Source: Azolla caroliniana
Taxonomy: Eukaryota > Plantae > Polypodiophyta
Assembly (NCBI GenBank): GCA_043228905.1
Contig: JBHGNT010000014.1
Span: forward strand, 16,368,001-16,432,000
Reading direction: 5' to 3'
DNA length: 64,000 nt
Both the position numbers and the translations under genes were made by a program. The notes beneath the pieces were generated by a model. That model searched no databases and was not told the DNA's origin. It was given only the letters and a program-made list of their open reading frames with translations. Shown here piece after piece: positions 48,280 to 63,139 of this stretch. Within the stretch, counting starts at the first letter, position 1. Each line of letters opens with the position of its first letter.

Positions 48280-50052
48280 TCATGGATAGGATGCGAGGTG
48301 TACACTCGCGTCTTTAGTGTTCCAGTTGGAGCTTTGTCGAGCTTTGGACCAGCAAAGGTAGTGGGCGACACTCAAGAGGAACGAAAAGAACGTAAACGCG
48401 ACCCCAGCCGCGAAAGTGTCCTTGCGGATCGCTTCACACGTAAGTTCGGTTGTCCCCAGGTATGATACGTACCTCGTATGCTTCGCATTCTGGACTGCCC
48501 CCGCCATGAAGCAAGCTGCCGCGATAATGAAGGCAAACCTACGGTTTGCAAATAACACACCCAGGGGAAGATCCATCACTTAAAAAACAAATAGGCTTAT
48601 TATATATCTAGGAGCGAAAATTTCCCCAGACATACAATCAGCCGGGTGTATGCTTTGCTCGCATTTTTGGATGGCTTCTCAGAATTGTTTTTTGCTATTG
48701 GATGGCTACTATTGTGAAGACATTGAAATCTGATTTGTGCTATTGGATGGCTACTATTGTGAAGATATTGAACTCTGCTTTGTGCTATTGGATGGCTACT
48801 ATTGTGAAGATATTGAACTCTGCTTTGTGCTATTGGATGGCTACTATTGTGAAGATATTGTTCAACTCTACTTTGTGCTATTGGATGGCTACTATTGTGA
48901 AGATATTGAAAGTTCTCTCTTGATTTGTGGACATATATAAGGCACTAGCTACCCTTTTGTTTGCAATGATTATACCTCCTAATGGATCTTTACCTGTGCT
49001 AGATTTGGCTGTGATACTATTGGGAAGATATTGAACTCTGCTTTGTGCTATTGGATGGCTACTATTGTGAAGATATTGAACGCTGATTTGTGGACATATA
49101 TAAAGAACTAGCTACCCTTTTGCAATGGTTATAGCTACTGATGGATCTTTACCTGTGCTAGATTTGCTGGCTTTTGTCTATACAGTGCGCACCCCCCTTA
49201 GATTTATCGGCATCTAAAAGAATTAATCACTACCCTTTGCATCCATGGACACTTCATTAACATCTATTCCGACCAATATACTCTCTTTAAATCTATAGAT
49301 CTTCTAACAAGACACTAGCTAGACACATATACCCAGAGACAGTGGTTGTGTCCATGAATAATCTAGAGACAAAATGGGCATGTTTCAACGAAACAGAAAC
49401 ACATTAAATTACTGTAAAAAAAAACCTCATGAAAATTTACCAGTTCAAAATGCAAAAGATGATCGAGAATGCTCGGGCTGCTCCTGGCTTCAAGGAAGGT
49501 CCACAGCAAAGGCACCGTGTGGCAGCCACAAGGATCACTTGGGCGGCTACGAGAAACAACAATGCTCCTGTAGCTAACCCGGTGGCAATGTCCGAGGAGT
49601 ATGAACACCATTGAAGAGTACTGGAATCGTCCGATTTGTATGTACCCTGCCGTTTCATGGAAGAATATGTCATACAAATTGATGAGTGAATTCATACAAA
49701 TTCTCAGACTCGGGGGAGATCTATTCATAAGTATCTCAGTTTTAAAACACAAAATTTTGACAAAATTTCTCTTTAAGAGTGTAGATCCATTGAAACAGAG
49801 CATATCCTAATGACAAAAGAAACATTGGAAGGTTTCAAGAAAACCACGATGGTAGTCAGTGTACAAGAAGAATCAGTTCTGGACTTAAAAAAGAACTGAA
49901 TCTAAAAGCATTGAAATGATCAGAGTAGTAACACATTAAGAAAGAAGGGGATCGATTACCTTTGCGCGCCGTTGTTCTGCTCCAATGCCGAGACCGAATG
50001 CGATGAGATAAAGCACAAATAGGGTAACGATGAGAAAGCCAGAACCTGCCAT
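48280..50052 (-). CDS. DUF1218 family membrane protein (Fb34/MWL-like), 3 exons: 50052-49960, 49646-49441, 48538-48280; 185 aa
   Basis: GT-AG introns join in frame: MAGSGFLIVTLFVLYLIAFGLGIGAEQRRAK|GTYK..CSYSSDIATG..TRCLCCG..NW|FAFIIAAACFMAGAVQNAKHTRY..CEAIRKDTFAAG. Confidence 0.92.
48690..49170. repeat. 45-bp minisatellite (about 5 + 2 copies) plus a larger duplication within DUF1218 intron 2
   Basis: TGCTATTGGATGGCTACTATTGTGAAGATATTGAACTCTGCTTTG repeated; GATTTGTGGACATATATAA..TACCTGTGCTAGATTTG occurs twice. Confidence 0.95.
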
Positions 50053-51299
50053 ATCTGTTACTCAAATCAATCTCTCTGTGTGTCTTGTATCTAATTATGT
50101 AGATGTATCTACACTGGAGAGATCAAGAGGAAATTTATGCGGACAAACTAGATAGATCTGAGTTAGAGATCTTGAAGAGTACTGGATCTATCTAAACCAC
50201 AAATCAGCTCAAGAGGTTCGGATCTGCAAAATTGGAATGGGCAAAATAGAAATATCTCTGTCTCTGTCTGTGTTTGTGTCTTCTTTCCACACGTGGCTCT
50301 ATGAATGAATCTACCCAACAAAAAAAGAGAAGAAGAAGAGGAGCACTGTATTTTGGATCTGTTTTTTTATTTCTGAGCTTCTTACATCTTTTTTCTTTAA
50401 CCTTGCATTGACAGACAGATCGATCTTTGCATGTCTTTTTCTCTTTTCTTGGTTCTTGCAGGCTTTCTTTTGGCTCATGTTGATGTAGGACCCATCCAGA
50501 AGACTATTAAACTCCGGCAAAAGCCACCGGATAATCTCATTAGGTAAGGCTATTCTCGGGAAGACATCGCCGGATAATAGCTGTGGGATAAGGCTAATTC
50601 GGTTATCCGGAAGCTTCGATGGATGAAAATTAAGCGAATGATTGAAACATTCTCGAATGCGAATGCACATATGGTATGTATGGTTCATACAATGATTTGA
50701 AGTGAGTTGGGAAGGACCTTCGGTATACAATATCCATTTGTCAACAATGAAGGGGTGATGGGGTCATGATCTACATTGATGTGGCATACATGCACAAGAA
50801 GTGGCGATCAACAGATATATTGTAATCCATTTCAAATGCTTGGGAGAGAGACGGAGAGCTGGCCCAGTTTGGCCATAGTTGAGATGATTGCGTCGAAACC
50901 GTTCGGAGACAAGAATGTCCTTAGTTGTGTACATTGATTTGGCAAGTAGTTTCGTATAAGTTATACATGGTATATAACATAGTCTTGTACATTGACATAG
51001 ACAATAGCTTAGTGATACAATGAAGATGTGTGTTCAAAATGAGGATTTGAACCTACAATATATTAGCTTTATAATCTAATTGCTAATCATTAGGGTAATC
51101 ACATCATGAGGGTTTCATAACTTATTGATTAAGTTGACTATTGGATTAAGCACATTGTGAAGGTTAACCATTAGAGTAAGCATGTTGTGAGGGCTAATAT
51201 GAGGGTAAGCACATTAGTTACCCACTAATGCAAGCACAATATGAGGGTTTTCAACTGCAGTCTTTGGCATTGTTGGAGAATGTTTGAAGGTCTCCATGG

Positions 51300-54200
51300 A
51301 GTACCCCAAGAAACTTGTACATAGGTTAAAAGGAAAAATAGTAATGGTAGCTTTTAGTAGTGAGCTCTTTGTCAAACTTGTCCTCAATGGAGTCGCCTAT
51401 ATGTAAATCAATCTTACAATACCTCATGAGGTTTCTGTAACTACAAGATCCTCACTCTTGCAAGCATAAGAAGTTCTATTTGTTTTGTATTGTCATGCTA
51501 AAACATGATTCGTGAGACCAAGGTGATACATTTTCACGATGTGTGTGTGTGTCCAAGTTGGGTGATTGCTGATTGTAGGAACTCATTCTTTTGGGAGTCA
51601 CTACCAGAATTGATGTCTCAAATTGGTAAAGTTTTGGTTGCTCCTCATGCTAATTCTTTGAACAAATATAGATTTTGCATGTTATGGGACATGAGTTTGT
51701 AAACTTCTAGGAGGGATGTTTGAGTATAGATACATCTTGATTTGGTTGATTTCGATTTAAGCTCTTGTGAGTGGGAGATTTTTGCAAGTCGTTGTTATAA
51801 ATGTGGTCAATTGGGGCATTTTTATGGCTAAATGCCAATATCATGGTGAACCATCCACTGAAAATTATTTCAAAGAAAAAAAGGGAAGATGTTGAGAAGA
51901 ATATTGTCATATCAACGATTGATATGGTCATGGATAAGGGAACATCATGGGTTAGAGAGAGATTCTAACGTTCATGGTCATGTCAAAGGTGTTGGGGAGG
52001 ATAATGGAGTACGCACTATGATAAAATTACATGTTGAAGATGAAGAGTGGTATCAAGTGAAGCATTAGATAAAAGGGAAGGGTGTTGCCATGAGAAGGGA
52101 CACAAAGAGTACTAATGGTATGGCATTACCAAAAGATAATTTGAGAATGAATGAGGGCTTTAAGAAAAATCTTTGGCATAAACAAGTGCGAAATCAAAGA
52201 TTGTTTAACCAATTACAATTAGATTCTTTAGGAAGGGTGGTGTGACCTCAATTTAATTAAGAACTTCGTACTCGTGGGGTGAAACAACAAAACTCTATTA
52301 TTGTTGGAGGGGATGTAGTACACACGAATCCTTATGCGGCTCTTGAACAATAAATTAGTACATTTATGAATACACTTGCTCATAAAGAGCAAGTTCTTAC
52401 TAAAGGTATTAAATGAAAGTGGTATCATGGAATGTGCCAGGGGCATCTTCTTCTCATAAGAAATATAAAATATGGAAAATTTTATTTGATAGGGAATGGG
52501 ATGTTTTATGTGTAGTTGAACATAAGTGCCATGATTTAGCGGGATTTGTCTTACATTTGTGTGGATATTTCACATATTATGCTTGTCAGTTATCATGTCG
52601 TCATTATTTTGGTGTAGTCATGATTATTTGCAACTTGTTTTGTCCACATATAGTCTATAATGATCCATATGGACGTTTTTTGGTGATGGATGTCAAGTAC
52701 TTTGAGGTTTTGATATGGTTGGTAGGAATTTATGCACCAAACAATGCTAATCAACGCATTGAGTTATGGCTTTCTATGTATTCAAGGTTATCAGTGGGTC
52801 TTGCTAGTTTGTTAATGATGATTTTAATATGCGTGTTGATGCATCACAATCTACTTCACAATTCTCATCGATGGATTCTTTTGAGCAAGCAATTTGGGAC
52901 AGATTTGTGTCAGAGGTTTAGAGGTTCGATGTATGGAAATGGTTGCATGGGTTTACATTTTGGTCTATGCAATATAAGGAAGCATGGAGTAGGTTGGACA
53001 GAATGTATGTTATGCATGATGAATTCCTTTTTGCTAGAGATGCTTAATATGTCAATTGTGCAAGAGGTTATGACATCATATCATTTCCCCATATGTTTTG
53101 AGTTTAATAAACATGCCGTAGTTATGTACAAAACATTGCTTTTAGGTTTAATTCTTCTTTATTATTTCATTCCTTATTTGATGCCTATATGCAACAAATT
53201 TTGCGCATGTTTTCAAAACATGTTAATTCAAAGGGATGACATGTGTGGGATATAACATTAAAAAACATTACTGATATTCACCGAATGTATGGTATGACTA
53301 ATGCTAAAAGATGTAAACAATTGATTGATGAGTTTTCAAATATTCTTACATGATGCAATGTACTATTTATGAATAATCCGCATGATGAAGAGCTTATGGA
53401 TCATCAAGTTTAGTTACAAGACATTGTGAAGCATTTGTATTGTCAAAGTTATCAGAAGGCAAGACTATGTCAGTTACAAGAGGGTTTTATAGATAATTAA
53501 TAACAATCTCATATGTTTTTCAAGGATTAAGATCATCATATGCTCATTCGAATGTGTGGCAAATTAAGATAGGGGATGACATTGTTGTAGACCCAATCAA
53601 GGTTATTGAATTATGTTTTTCTCTTTTTAAGAATTTGATTGGGGTAGAGTTCATTATTAATGAGGATGTGTTGAAAGCACAATAAGAGTTTTATAATGTA
53701 GTTGGATTTTGAAGAAGCTGAGGTGGAAAAGGTATTGCTACACCTTCTAAATGGTAAAAGCCCTACTTAGGATGATATTACAAATGAAGTTTTTAAAAAG
53801 TATGCTTGCATGCTTAAGAGTCCATTCACGCAAATGTTTCAACAACGTTGGGATTCTAGTTTAATGTTAGAGCTGGCTCTAATGAAATTGATACCAAAGG
53901 TACTATCTTCAGAGTCATTTCATTAATGGAGGCCTATTTCATTGATGGGCAATTTGTACAAGGTGTTTGCAAAGACATTATCCAACATACTTAAGAAATT
54001 CTTAGCTCAATAGATTCATCCATCTCAATATGGTTTTATTGCAAGTGGAAATATATTGCATAATGTATTGAATGTTCAATGGCTACTGATTATGCTCGAC
54101 GTACCCATCAAGAAATGATTATGGTACAATTAGATTTGGAAAAAACATATGATCATGTTAATTGGTCTTTTCTCTAAGGTGTGATGTATAATATGGGGTT

Positions 54201-56230
54201 TGGTCCTCGTATGTGTCGACTTATCTTTTAACTAGGGCAAAATGAAACATCTTGTGTGATGCTTAATGGTGGAGTTACTTTGAAAGTTTTTCTTACTAGA
54301 TCCGTGCGGCAAGGATGTCCACTAAGTCCATTGCTATTTGCTAGTGTTACACATAATGTTGTCAAATTTTGCAGTCAGTGGTGATATTGTGGGTTTGCAT
54401 CTTCCTTTTGGTGGACAATTTGTGACACAAGCATTGGCTAATGATTCGTTTATGGTTTTACAAGCCTCAAAAGAAAATCTTGAAAGGAGTATGCGAGTTT
54501 GGGATCAATTTGCCTTGGCTTCATGGTTGCATATAAATTGGAGGAAGTGTCGCTTTATTTCTTGCACAGAGAGTGATTTGGAATGTTTAGGATGGCGAGG
54601 GTCAATGATTATATGACGATCAATTTATCGGCATTGGGGTATCCATTGGGTGTTGATGTTGCAAATGTTCAATTGATTGACTGGATTGGTAGTAAATTGA
54701 AGGACAAATCTCTGTATTAGAAATCTCAATTATGGCCCTTTCATGTACGACTCAAAGTGGTGCAATATATCTTGATACCCATGCTATTATATTTTTTACC
54801 ATTACTTCCTTGGACTAAGAAGGCATTACAAACATTGTTGCAACCTCTTCGGTTCATGCTATAGTGGAAGGGAGAAACAATGGGAGTTACATGGATTTCA
54901 TGGAACAATTTGGCTACTCCCAAACGGTTAGGTGGTGCAACAATATTGGATTTAGAAATGCATTTGACAACTCTTTATAGAAAAGTTTTACGAGAGATAT
55001 GTCAACAAGATCATCCATGGATATCTATGATGCAATATTTTATTGAGCATGAAGGATTGGTGCATGAGAAAACAAAGATTCAAGCATCGTGGTGGTCATT
55101 ACTCAACGGATGTATTCCTCTAAAGATTCAACATTCTGTATGTGGACGACAGTTGGTATGGTCATGGCAAGATGCATTTTCTTTTTTGAGTGGGCAACAT
55201 GAAGTGATCGAGAAATTTGTAATTCCTTACAAAATGAATTTGCTCGTTTCTTCGTAAGTGTTGTATTGGCATGAAAAAGAGAAGCTAAGATCTTAATTCA
55301 ATTGTTTATTTCGATTGGGGGTTGTTCATTTGGGAGATGTGTTTGATAATGAATCACAAAGGTTGTCGGAATTTGAAGATGCCAAACGATGATTATGTAT
55401 TCCCCAAAATTACGTATTCATTTCGGAGAAATTAAAAGATATACCAATTTTGCATGGATCTTTGCCATTGAAAACAAATGTTGCACTTTGGGTTGATTGA
55501 TGGTTACAGGATGGTACACACTTGTTACAGGTCACTACAAATATATTGTATCATCATGCACTGGCATCATTTATCTTGGACATCTCCTAAAGTAGAAAAG
55601 GTGTGGAATGTATGTAAGTCGAATTCAAGGTGGTGGCAAATATTACAAACGTGGTTGGCATTCCCATTTGCCATTTCATGCAAAGGTATTCATATGGAGA
55701 GTCATGCTTGGTGGGATCCCATTAGGTTCAACCTTAAAGAGACAAGGACTAGGGTCAAACACCTCTTTCTTTTGCTCCATTCCATTGGAGGAAAATATAC
55801 ATAGGTTCATTAAATATCTTATAGCATGTATCATTTGGAAGTACTTATCGAACATTTGACAAGTTTTAACCCATTGTTATTTGAGACCTCAACAATGGGT
55901 TTTTTCTTAGTATGTGCAAAATGGTCCAAATGACAAGATGGAGATATTGTTCCAATATTTATGATATTGGGGACTACAACACAATTGGAATATTCGTAAT
56001 GCTTTCATGTTTGATAGTAGACATGGGGTGAAAACCTATATGAAGAAGTTGAAAGGTATTCTTATGTGGAATTTCTGGATGTTAGAGCATGCGAGGATCA
56101 TTTCCTCACATGTATATTCAGGTTTTCTAATGGCATTACCGGACATCCCTCTCCCTACATAAGATAGATGGGTAGAGGAGACTAAGAAGTGTTGTAACAA
56201 GTGGATTTTGCATACAATTAATATAATTGT
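51300..56230 (+). mobile_element. Decayed near-full-length L1-clade LINE (ORF1 + ORF2)
   Basis: ORF1 zinc knuckle CYKCGQLGH at about 51790. ORF2: MKVVSWNV (52413), GIYAPN, WRPISL, LDLEKTYDHVNWSFL, RSVRQGCPLSPLLF, WISWNNLATPKRLGG, KVFIWRV. Boundaries approximate. Confidence 0.9.
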
Positions 56231-56450
56231 GTGATTTTACCAAGAGAGAGTGAGAGAGAGTGTGTGTAAAATAGGAGATATCTATGGAGTAATAGAGAGG
56301 TGAGAAAATAGGGTTTCAAACCCAAGATGTAGTGCTAATAGTGTAAAGGACCTACCACCAAGGTAGGCTAATTACAATAAAAAGAAAAAGAGAGAGAGTT
56401 TATATCTGTGTGTTTTTCACACACTTTTATTAATATAATTGTTTGTTTTC

Positions 56451-56492
<42 letters not shown>

Positions 56493-56499
56493 GTGGGTG

Positions 56500-57330
56500 T
56501 GTCTTAGAATATTATCTCACCAACTTGAGATTGAGAATGGTCGTACTAATGGAGTCCCTAGAGAGGAAAGGATATGTAGATTATGTCACATAGAGGTAGA
56601 GGATGAGTACCCCTTTACATGCAAGTGTCCAACTTATGCCGAGATAAGGGTAAAATACCAAGACATACTCGGACCCTCTCCCACCCTCTCCAAACTATTA
56701 GATACTCTAGAGATAAAGAAATTAGGTAGATATATCTTAGAGCTAAAACAACATAGAGAGAATAAGCTACAAAATGTTAACAATAACTTTTCTAATATTC
56801 ACCAACATGTAGCCAATGAAGTTTTTCAAGGACAGGGGGAGACGATGAATGTGCACACACATGCACCACTCGACCTCTTCCTTGATGAATGTGGATACAC
56901 CTCTTCCTTGATGAAGCAGAAAACCAAAGAACCAAACACCCTCGGATGCTGGGTTTCAAAGCAACGCGACGTGGTGTAGAAGCAATTAAGAAAATAAGGG
57001 AACGTGAGCTACACCGTCCAAAAGCCCTGGACCTTCTACATTGGGACCACGAGTCACACCCACATTGAAACCCTTTGACCTCCCGCTTCTTTTCGAGAAA
57101 CTTGGATGGAAATGAAACTAGGCCTAGTAGATAGTCATCTCCTTTATAGAATATGGTACACCATAACACGTTTTGTACAATACTAGAACTCTTTTAGCTT
57201 AATTTTTATTTTATTTTATTTTATTTTTATTTTTGATGATTCGGTATACATCCTATTTTGTTGTAAGCCGATTGTCTCATGGGCCAAATTTGGCCTTAGA
57301 ACATGTTAATATATATTTCTTTCTTTCTTT
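56500..57330 (+). mobile_element. 5'-truncated 3' end of a second LINE family (C-terminal CCHC domain + 3' UTR) between (AG)n tracts
   Basis: LRILSHQLEIENGR..REERICRLC..EVEDEYPFTCKCPTY matches the C-terminal motif of non-LTR RT proteins. Confidence 0.75.
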
Positions 57331-57337
57331 TTAAACC

Positions 57338-57428
<91 letters not shown>

Positions 57429-59399
57429 ACTTTTTCCTCTCGTCTTGGTCCCATAGGTCAAAATTGGCCTCATCGATGATCAATATATATTGTATTGTAT
57501 TCTCTTCTCCACAATTTCTCACCAATTCTTTATTGCACATTCATTTTCGTGGAGGATATAGAAACATGTTTTAGTTCCAAAGACATGACTTTTTGTTACG
57601 TGACGTGGAAACAAATGGCAACATGAACGGTGTACAAAGCCTTTATTTATGATAATACCATGTAGCTAGTGTTTGTCTTACTTCTTTGGTTTGTGAAAAA
57701 ACTACAAAGTGTCACTCTTGTTTTGTTTCCATATAGTCTTGTTAAATATCCAACTAATGATTTCAATGCTTGTACGCATAAGAAAATAACGAAGTATGGC
57801 TTGCATGTTTTCAAAACTTCCTATTGATATGCTTGGTCAAAGTTTGGCTCACAATCACATCAAGGTTAAGATTGAACACGCGTCTTAAAAACATTACATC
57901 ATGTGTTAGAAGCTTAGCTTGCTAATTATGATTCTAATTAGAAAGTGGACATGTTGTAATTGAGAGAAATTAGAAGCTTATAGTTTTAATGTTGATCCTA
58001 AATAGAAGTTTAATTTGTTAACTAGTGTATATTATTAGGATGATTACTACATTTTAGTGGCAAAGACAAGTGATAAATGTACACCAATGGCACCAAAATA
58101 AAAAATCACATGAAATGGCTACAATTGCCTTAAAATGAGATCAATGTACCACAATTGTGAATTTGTTTCAATTACATGTGAATGCAACAACCTGACTCAA
58201 GGATTTAGTAGGCATCAAACTCCTAAAGAGACATCAACAAACATTAGTATAGAAACGAGAGTAATTACTTGTATGTATGTATTTCATGTACAACATTATG
58301 GCATCTCTTAATATTGACGTAGTATATTTTCTTGAAAAAGAAAAAGAAAAAGGAAAATAGAAAGTGCAGTTTCGATAAAATATGGATTTTGAGAGTGCCA
58401 AAGAAACCAACACCTAGAAAACCAAACAAGGGCAGATGAAAATAATCTTCAATCAACATTTATGAAATGTTTTCATGATTTACGTGAACCTAATAAGAAT
58501 TCATGGTAACCATTCCTATGAATCAAACTATTTTGTTTGAACAACTTCTACTTTAATATGATTCAAATGATAGGTTTGCTTGCTTGCATGTCTGGTATAA
58601 TCTCTTAGACAAATATAGTTAATACTCAGAAAATGAGAACCATTTTGTTTGGGTTTGAATGGTGAACAAATGAGTCACTTGACTATTAGGGATCATTATG
58701 TAGTTTTACCATTGTTGCAATTGTTTCTAAACTTTAAGCTATAAAGCAATATGTGATTGAGAAGTACAATAATAAAGTTACAATTACAAATTGGCATTTG
58801 CGAAACATTTTTCATGCATTAGTTGAACCTAAAATTATTTCGGAGCAACTATATTGGCACACCAAACCAATTTCTCTTTTTCAAACTACTTCATCTTTGA
58901 TTTGATTAAAATGAAGACATGGTATGATTTCTTTGAGAAATATAAGCGATGCTCCCATTATACGTTTTGTGCAATTTTTTTGTTTCTCGCCTTCCAAAAT
59001 CTAACATGATAGAACACAATCTTGTTGGTTGTCTTTTCTTGGTGAAAGTAATAAACACTATCCCCTAAACAAACTACGTGATTGCTAAATAAGCAAAGAT
59101 GGATAGATGAATTTTCTTATTGTCCTTGTTTAAAAATGATCAACGAGATGAAAAGTGAAAACTTCTCGTCTAGAATGTGTAGAATCGAGTGGGGACTAGA
59201 CTATTGGTTTCAAGAAATTTACTAATGAATGGCGTCATGGGGGGTGCACAATAAATAAGGTTATAGAGAACCGTGTCTAAAGATTGAACCAAAAAGAGAT
59301 TTGTGAGAAAAAGGTCAATGATCAATGCAAAGTCAAGACTATTTAATAAGCACAATTCTTATTCTTGAGATGATCTCGGGGTGCTTGACACTTAGCATT

Positions 59400-62300
59400 G
59401 TCATGTTGAGATTGATAGCATATATAAAATCACGAAATCTCGACATACGACATGTGGATGGGAAGCATAACAACATGGATGGCTTACTGTCTAGAGCTAG
59501 GTATGAAATGAAAGATGGAATGAAGATCGTAGATGAAGTTTTAGGCTTCAATTTCTTAGAGTTAGCTTGTGTAGTTCTTGAAATTAGAACAATGCCAACC
59601 CTTGCCATTTTCATGGACGAAGAGTATGAAAGAGAATGATTACAATTAGGGAAGGAGTTTCTTGAGCTTGATGGGTGCAAATGTCGGATGCCTTGTATAT
59701 GAGTTATTCTTACACAAAGAAGAGTACAAAATAATGTTGCTAAGGTAGTGTGTAGAAGGGCAGAGAAATAAATATAGGTTAATGAATTCCATGACAATTT
59801 TGAAGTGGGCCATTAAGGTATCTAGTGGAATCAAAGGTTTTGGCAAAGAGGTTTACTCAAGGTTAATGGAGATGTCTACATCATGCATTTCGAAGAGAGG
59901 GTTCGATAATGTGATTGAAAGTGAACTATGGGAAAAGAGGTGTCTATCATGGACTCAAAACTGTATTTATGGTTTTGGCATGAAAAACGAAAAATTCAAA
60001 CTTCAGTGCAACAAATACACTTACCCCGTTAACATCATCTGCAAGTTGTGGAAGGACTTCACATGTCAACAAGACTATAGGAGATTAGAAAATGGGGTTT
60101 AGGGTTCACAAACTTTTTGCTAGAGTATAAACATGTATTTGCCAAGAGCCATTATGACATGAAGGGCACCGACCCTATGTTTTATAACGCCACATTTAAT
60201 TGCAAGAAGATGCAAAACCCATCAAGCAACAAAGCTATAGGATGAATCCCAACTACGCATTGTGGGTGAAAGAGGATATTGATAAATTGCTAAAAATTGG
60301 ATTTATTAAGCCAATTAACAAAGGCTACATGGCTATCTCCAATTGTTATGCATTGTTGTCGATTACATCTACGGTGACCAACCCATTCCCACTCCTGTCT
60401 ATAGATAGACACAATACTGAATGTAGTAAATGGGCACGAGATGTACTCGTTCATGTATAGATTTAACGACTACAATCAAGTGTTGATGACAATAATGAAC
60501 AAGAGAGAACAACATTTGTTGAGGAATGTGGAGCACTCGTTACAATGGTAAGGATGTTTGGCCTGAAAAATACCTTGATGACTTTCCAAAGAATGGTGAT
60601 GGATTTTTTTTTGGAATACATCCCAAAGTTCATGCACAAATTTCTTGATGACTTTACATTGTTCAACACTTTGCTCAAACACATGGAATACCTAACAAAG
60701 TGCTTGAAAAAGAGTTGGAAAGCATGATTAATTCTTAACCTCACAAAATGCACATTTGCCGTGGGAAGGTGGAATGCTTCTACGCCACATGGTGTCAAAA
60801 GCTAGGACGCCATTGACCTTGGGACAACACCAACAATCACGGAGGCACCAACCCCAACTAATGCAAAGGATTTGATGCGGTTCCTTAGGCAAAATCGGTG
60901 GCATAATCATGTACTTCAATTTATGAGGACTTAGCAAATATATTGGACGCAATTGTTCATGCAACACTATTCAAACAAATGGAAATGGGAAGATCTTGCT
61001 TACCATCAACTGAAACTCGTTTTCGCCACATTGGGCTAAACCATTCCACATTTTCATAGGTGCGTTTGACATTGTGATTGGGAGTATCCGGCGTCCACAT
61101 CTAGGATTACAAACCTAAGAGGTTTCTAGTAGTGTACAATGCAAGTATACGATTGTTGAAGGACAAGTGCAACTAGAACACAACTAAACGGAAAGCATTA
61201 GGAATGATTTAGTCAATCCAAAAGATCCAACATTATTTGTTGGGAATAAATCCATATTTCATGTGGATCATTCCGTTGTTGTGATGTGGAGAGTGCACAG
61301 GAGGAAATAACATTAACTTGGAATATCAAAAAGGTTGAATGATACAACTAGGATATGATGAGAAGGAAATACGGTGAGTTATATTTAAATAACAAAAAGG
61401 CTTAGCTTACTTGGTAAGAGCTTGTGCTATGAGTAAGAGGTTAAGGGATTGAATCCAATTCAGCAATAGGAGATTAAGTGGACATTATGATTAGCTTTTA
61501 TTTAGCATCAAGTGCTAGAAAAAGAAGAATATAGCATGCAAGAAAAGAAAAGCTGAGTAAAAAGAGAGAGTAGAGCATGCTAGGAAAAAAAACATGGTGC
61601 GCACTAAAATAAAAAAGCACCTACAATTTTATTGAGAGAGAGCCTTTTGAATAAATATTAAAATAAAAATAAAAATAAAGTTTAAAAATACCTACCTCTC
61701 TTACCGACAAATACCATTTTAAAACACTCACATACTTTAAAACTAGCGTGGATGGACATTGACATCCTTGTACACTAAACTTAGAAAACTCGGGGCAATC
61801 CATCCTCTCCGGTTCAAGTGCCTGATGGTTCCCTTTAGGTTTCCCAGGCATACGCATAACTTTGCCACACTGTCTTACTTTACCTTGTGAAGAAGCAATC
61901 AACCACTGGAAAATTGGTGCATTCGATGCTCCTCAAAGAATTTGACTTTGACATTGTGCACACTCCAGGCTTCCAAAATGTGGTGGTAGAATATTTGAGT
62001 CACATAGAAATTGTAGGCGCATCCATGAGAGCTGCAAATGATCTCCTGGATGCCATTTCATTAATTTTCCAATAATCTGGATGAGTGGATGGATGGCATG
62101 ATGTTGTTTTGCACAACTAGTAGTTTCAAGATGGAACCATATAAAGACCGGTGCAAGTGGCTACCCATTTGTTCTTAATACTTCAAAATGATTGGAAATG
62201 TATTGGTTGTCAACAATGTATGCGACTCTCTAAACAACAATAATGCTTGTTGGAAGCACACCCAAGAATTGTTGGATGAAACTTTTCCAAGTGACTCAAC

Positions 62301-63060
62301 TCCATACAATGTGGCAAGTATCTCCCATTGTAGGATTGATATAACTCAATCCTCACCCGTCATCCTTACAAATTACCCCACAACTATGGTAATGGTTATG
62401 CTCGTAACATAAATCCACCAAAAGAACATGCAAGGAATTTTAAAGAAGTTCATCATTAATCATCAGACGGATTGGCATCTACAATTCCAATCCACGGCGT
62501 GGGCCAACACACAAAAGTAGCTTAGGGGTTTTGCCATTATGACTGGTGTACGGCTTGGAAGGAGTGGTTTTGATGGAATATGCCGTCCCAAGTCTACACA
62601 TAGCAGTGCGCTCGATTGGATGATGACACAAGTGATTGAGAAAGGAAGCCAGAGTTGCTCAAGTTGGATGAGCAACGACAAGCAAATTTGATCATTTGCG
62701 AGGTCCAACAACCAGGACATGCTGGTTGGATGAATTGGCATCCCAAAAAACGTGAAAAGAAACTATCACTAAGGGCAATGGTGTTAGTATTTCAATCACG
62801 TTCAGAATTAATGTTTGGTAAACTGATTTTGTGCGGAATAAACCATTTTCCAACTATTCAAACACAAGCAAGTGGAACATTTCAATTAAGAACATTGCAA
62901 GGTCAATATGTACTGAAGCTCGAAAATAGCTTTAAATTATGCAGGTACCACGGTGAGCTACCAATCAACCCATTTCAAGCAATGATCAAACATAATCAAG
63001 TTTTTGCTGCAATCACCAAGTGTTGGAGTGAGGATGAAGCAATTGAGAACCTGTTTTGAA
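59400..63060 (+). mobile_element. Highly decayed Ty3/gypsy pol fragments (RT, RNase H, integrase)
   Basis: AKPIKQQSYRMNPNYA..KEDIDKLLKIGFI, MFGLKNTLMTFQR..FLDDF, IFHVDH, LLKEFDFDIVH. A separate RNase H-end fragment (IAYIKS..RHVDGKHN..LLSR) lies at about 59410. Confidence 0.85.
61280..61878 (-). mobile_element. ~600-bp insertion (probable solo LTR) within the gypsy RNase H region
   Basis: Splits FHVDHS from YLVKKQ; the minus strand reads GTAAGAC...CATCACA. No clear TSD. Confidence 0.45.
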
Positions 63061-63139
63061 CCCACAACAAAAAAATGTTGAATACGCAAACACAAACAAA
63101 GGTTTTGGTGGCATAATTAGAATTGCATCACTTTTGACC

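Noticed and set aside
48690-48940. CRISPR-like regular repeats and MATIVKIL ORFs
   Set aside because: Head-to-tail minisatellite with no unique spacers, inside a eukaryotic intron, with no cas genes.
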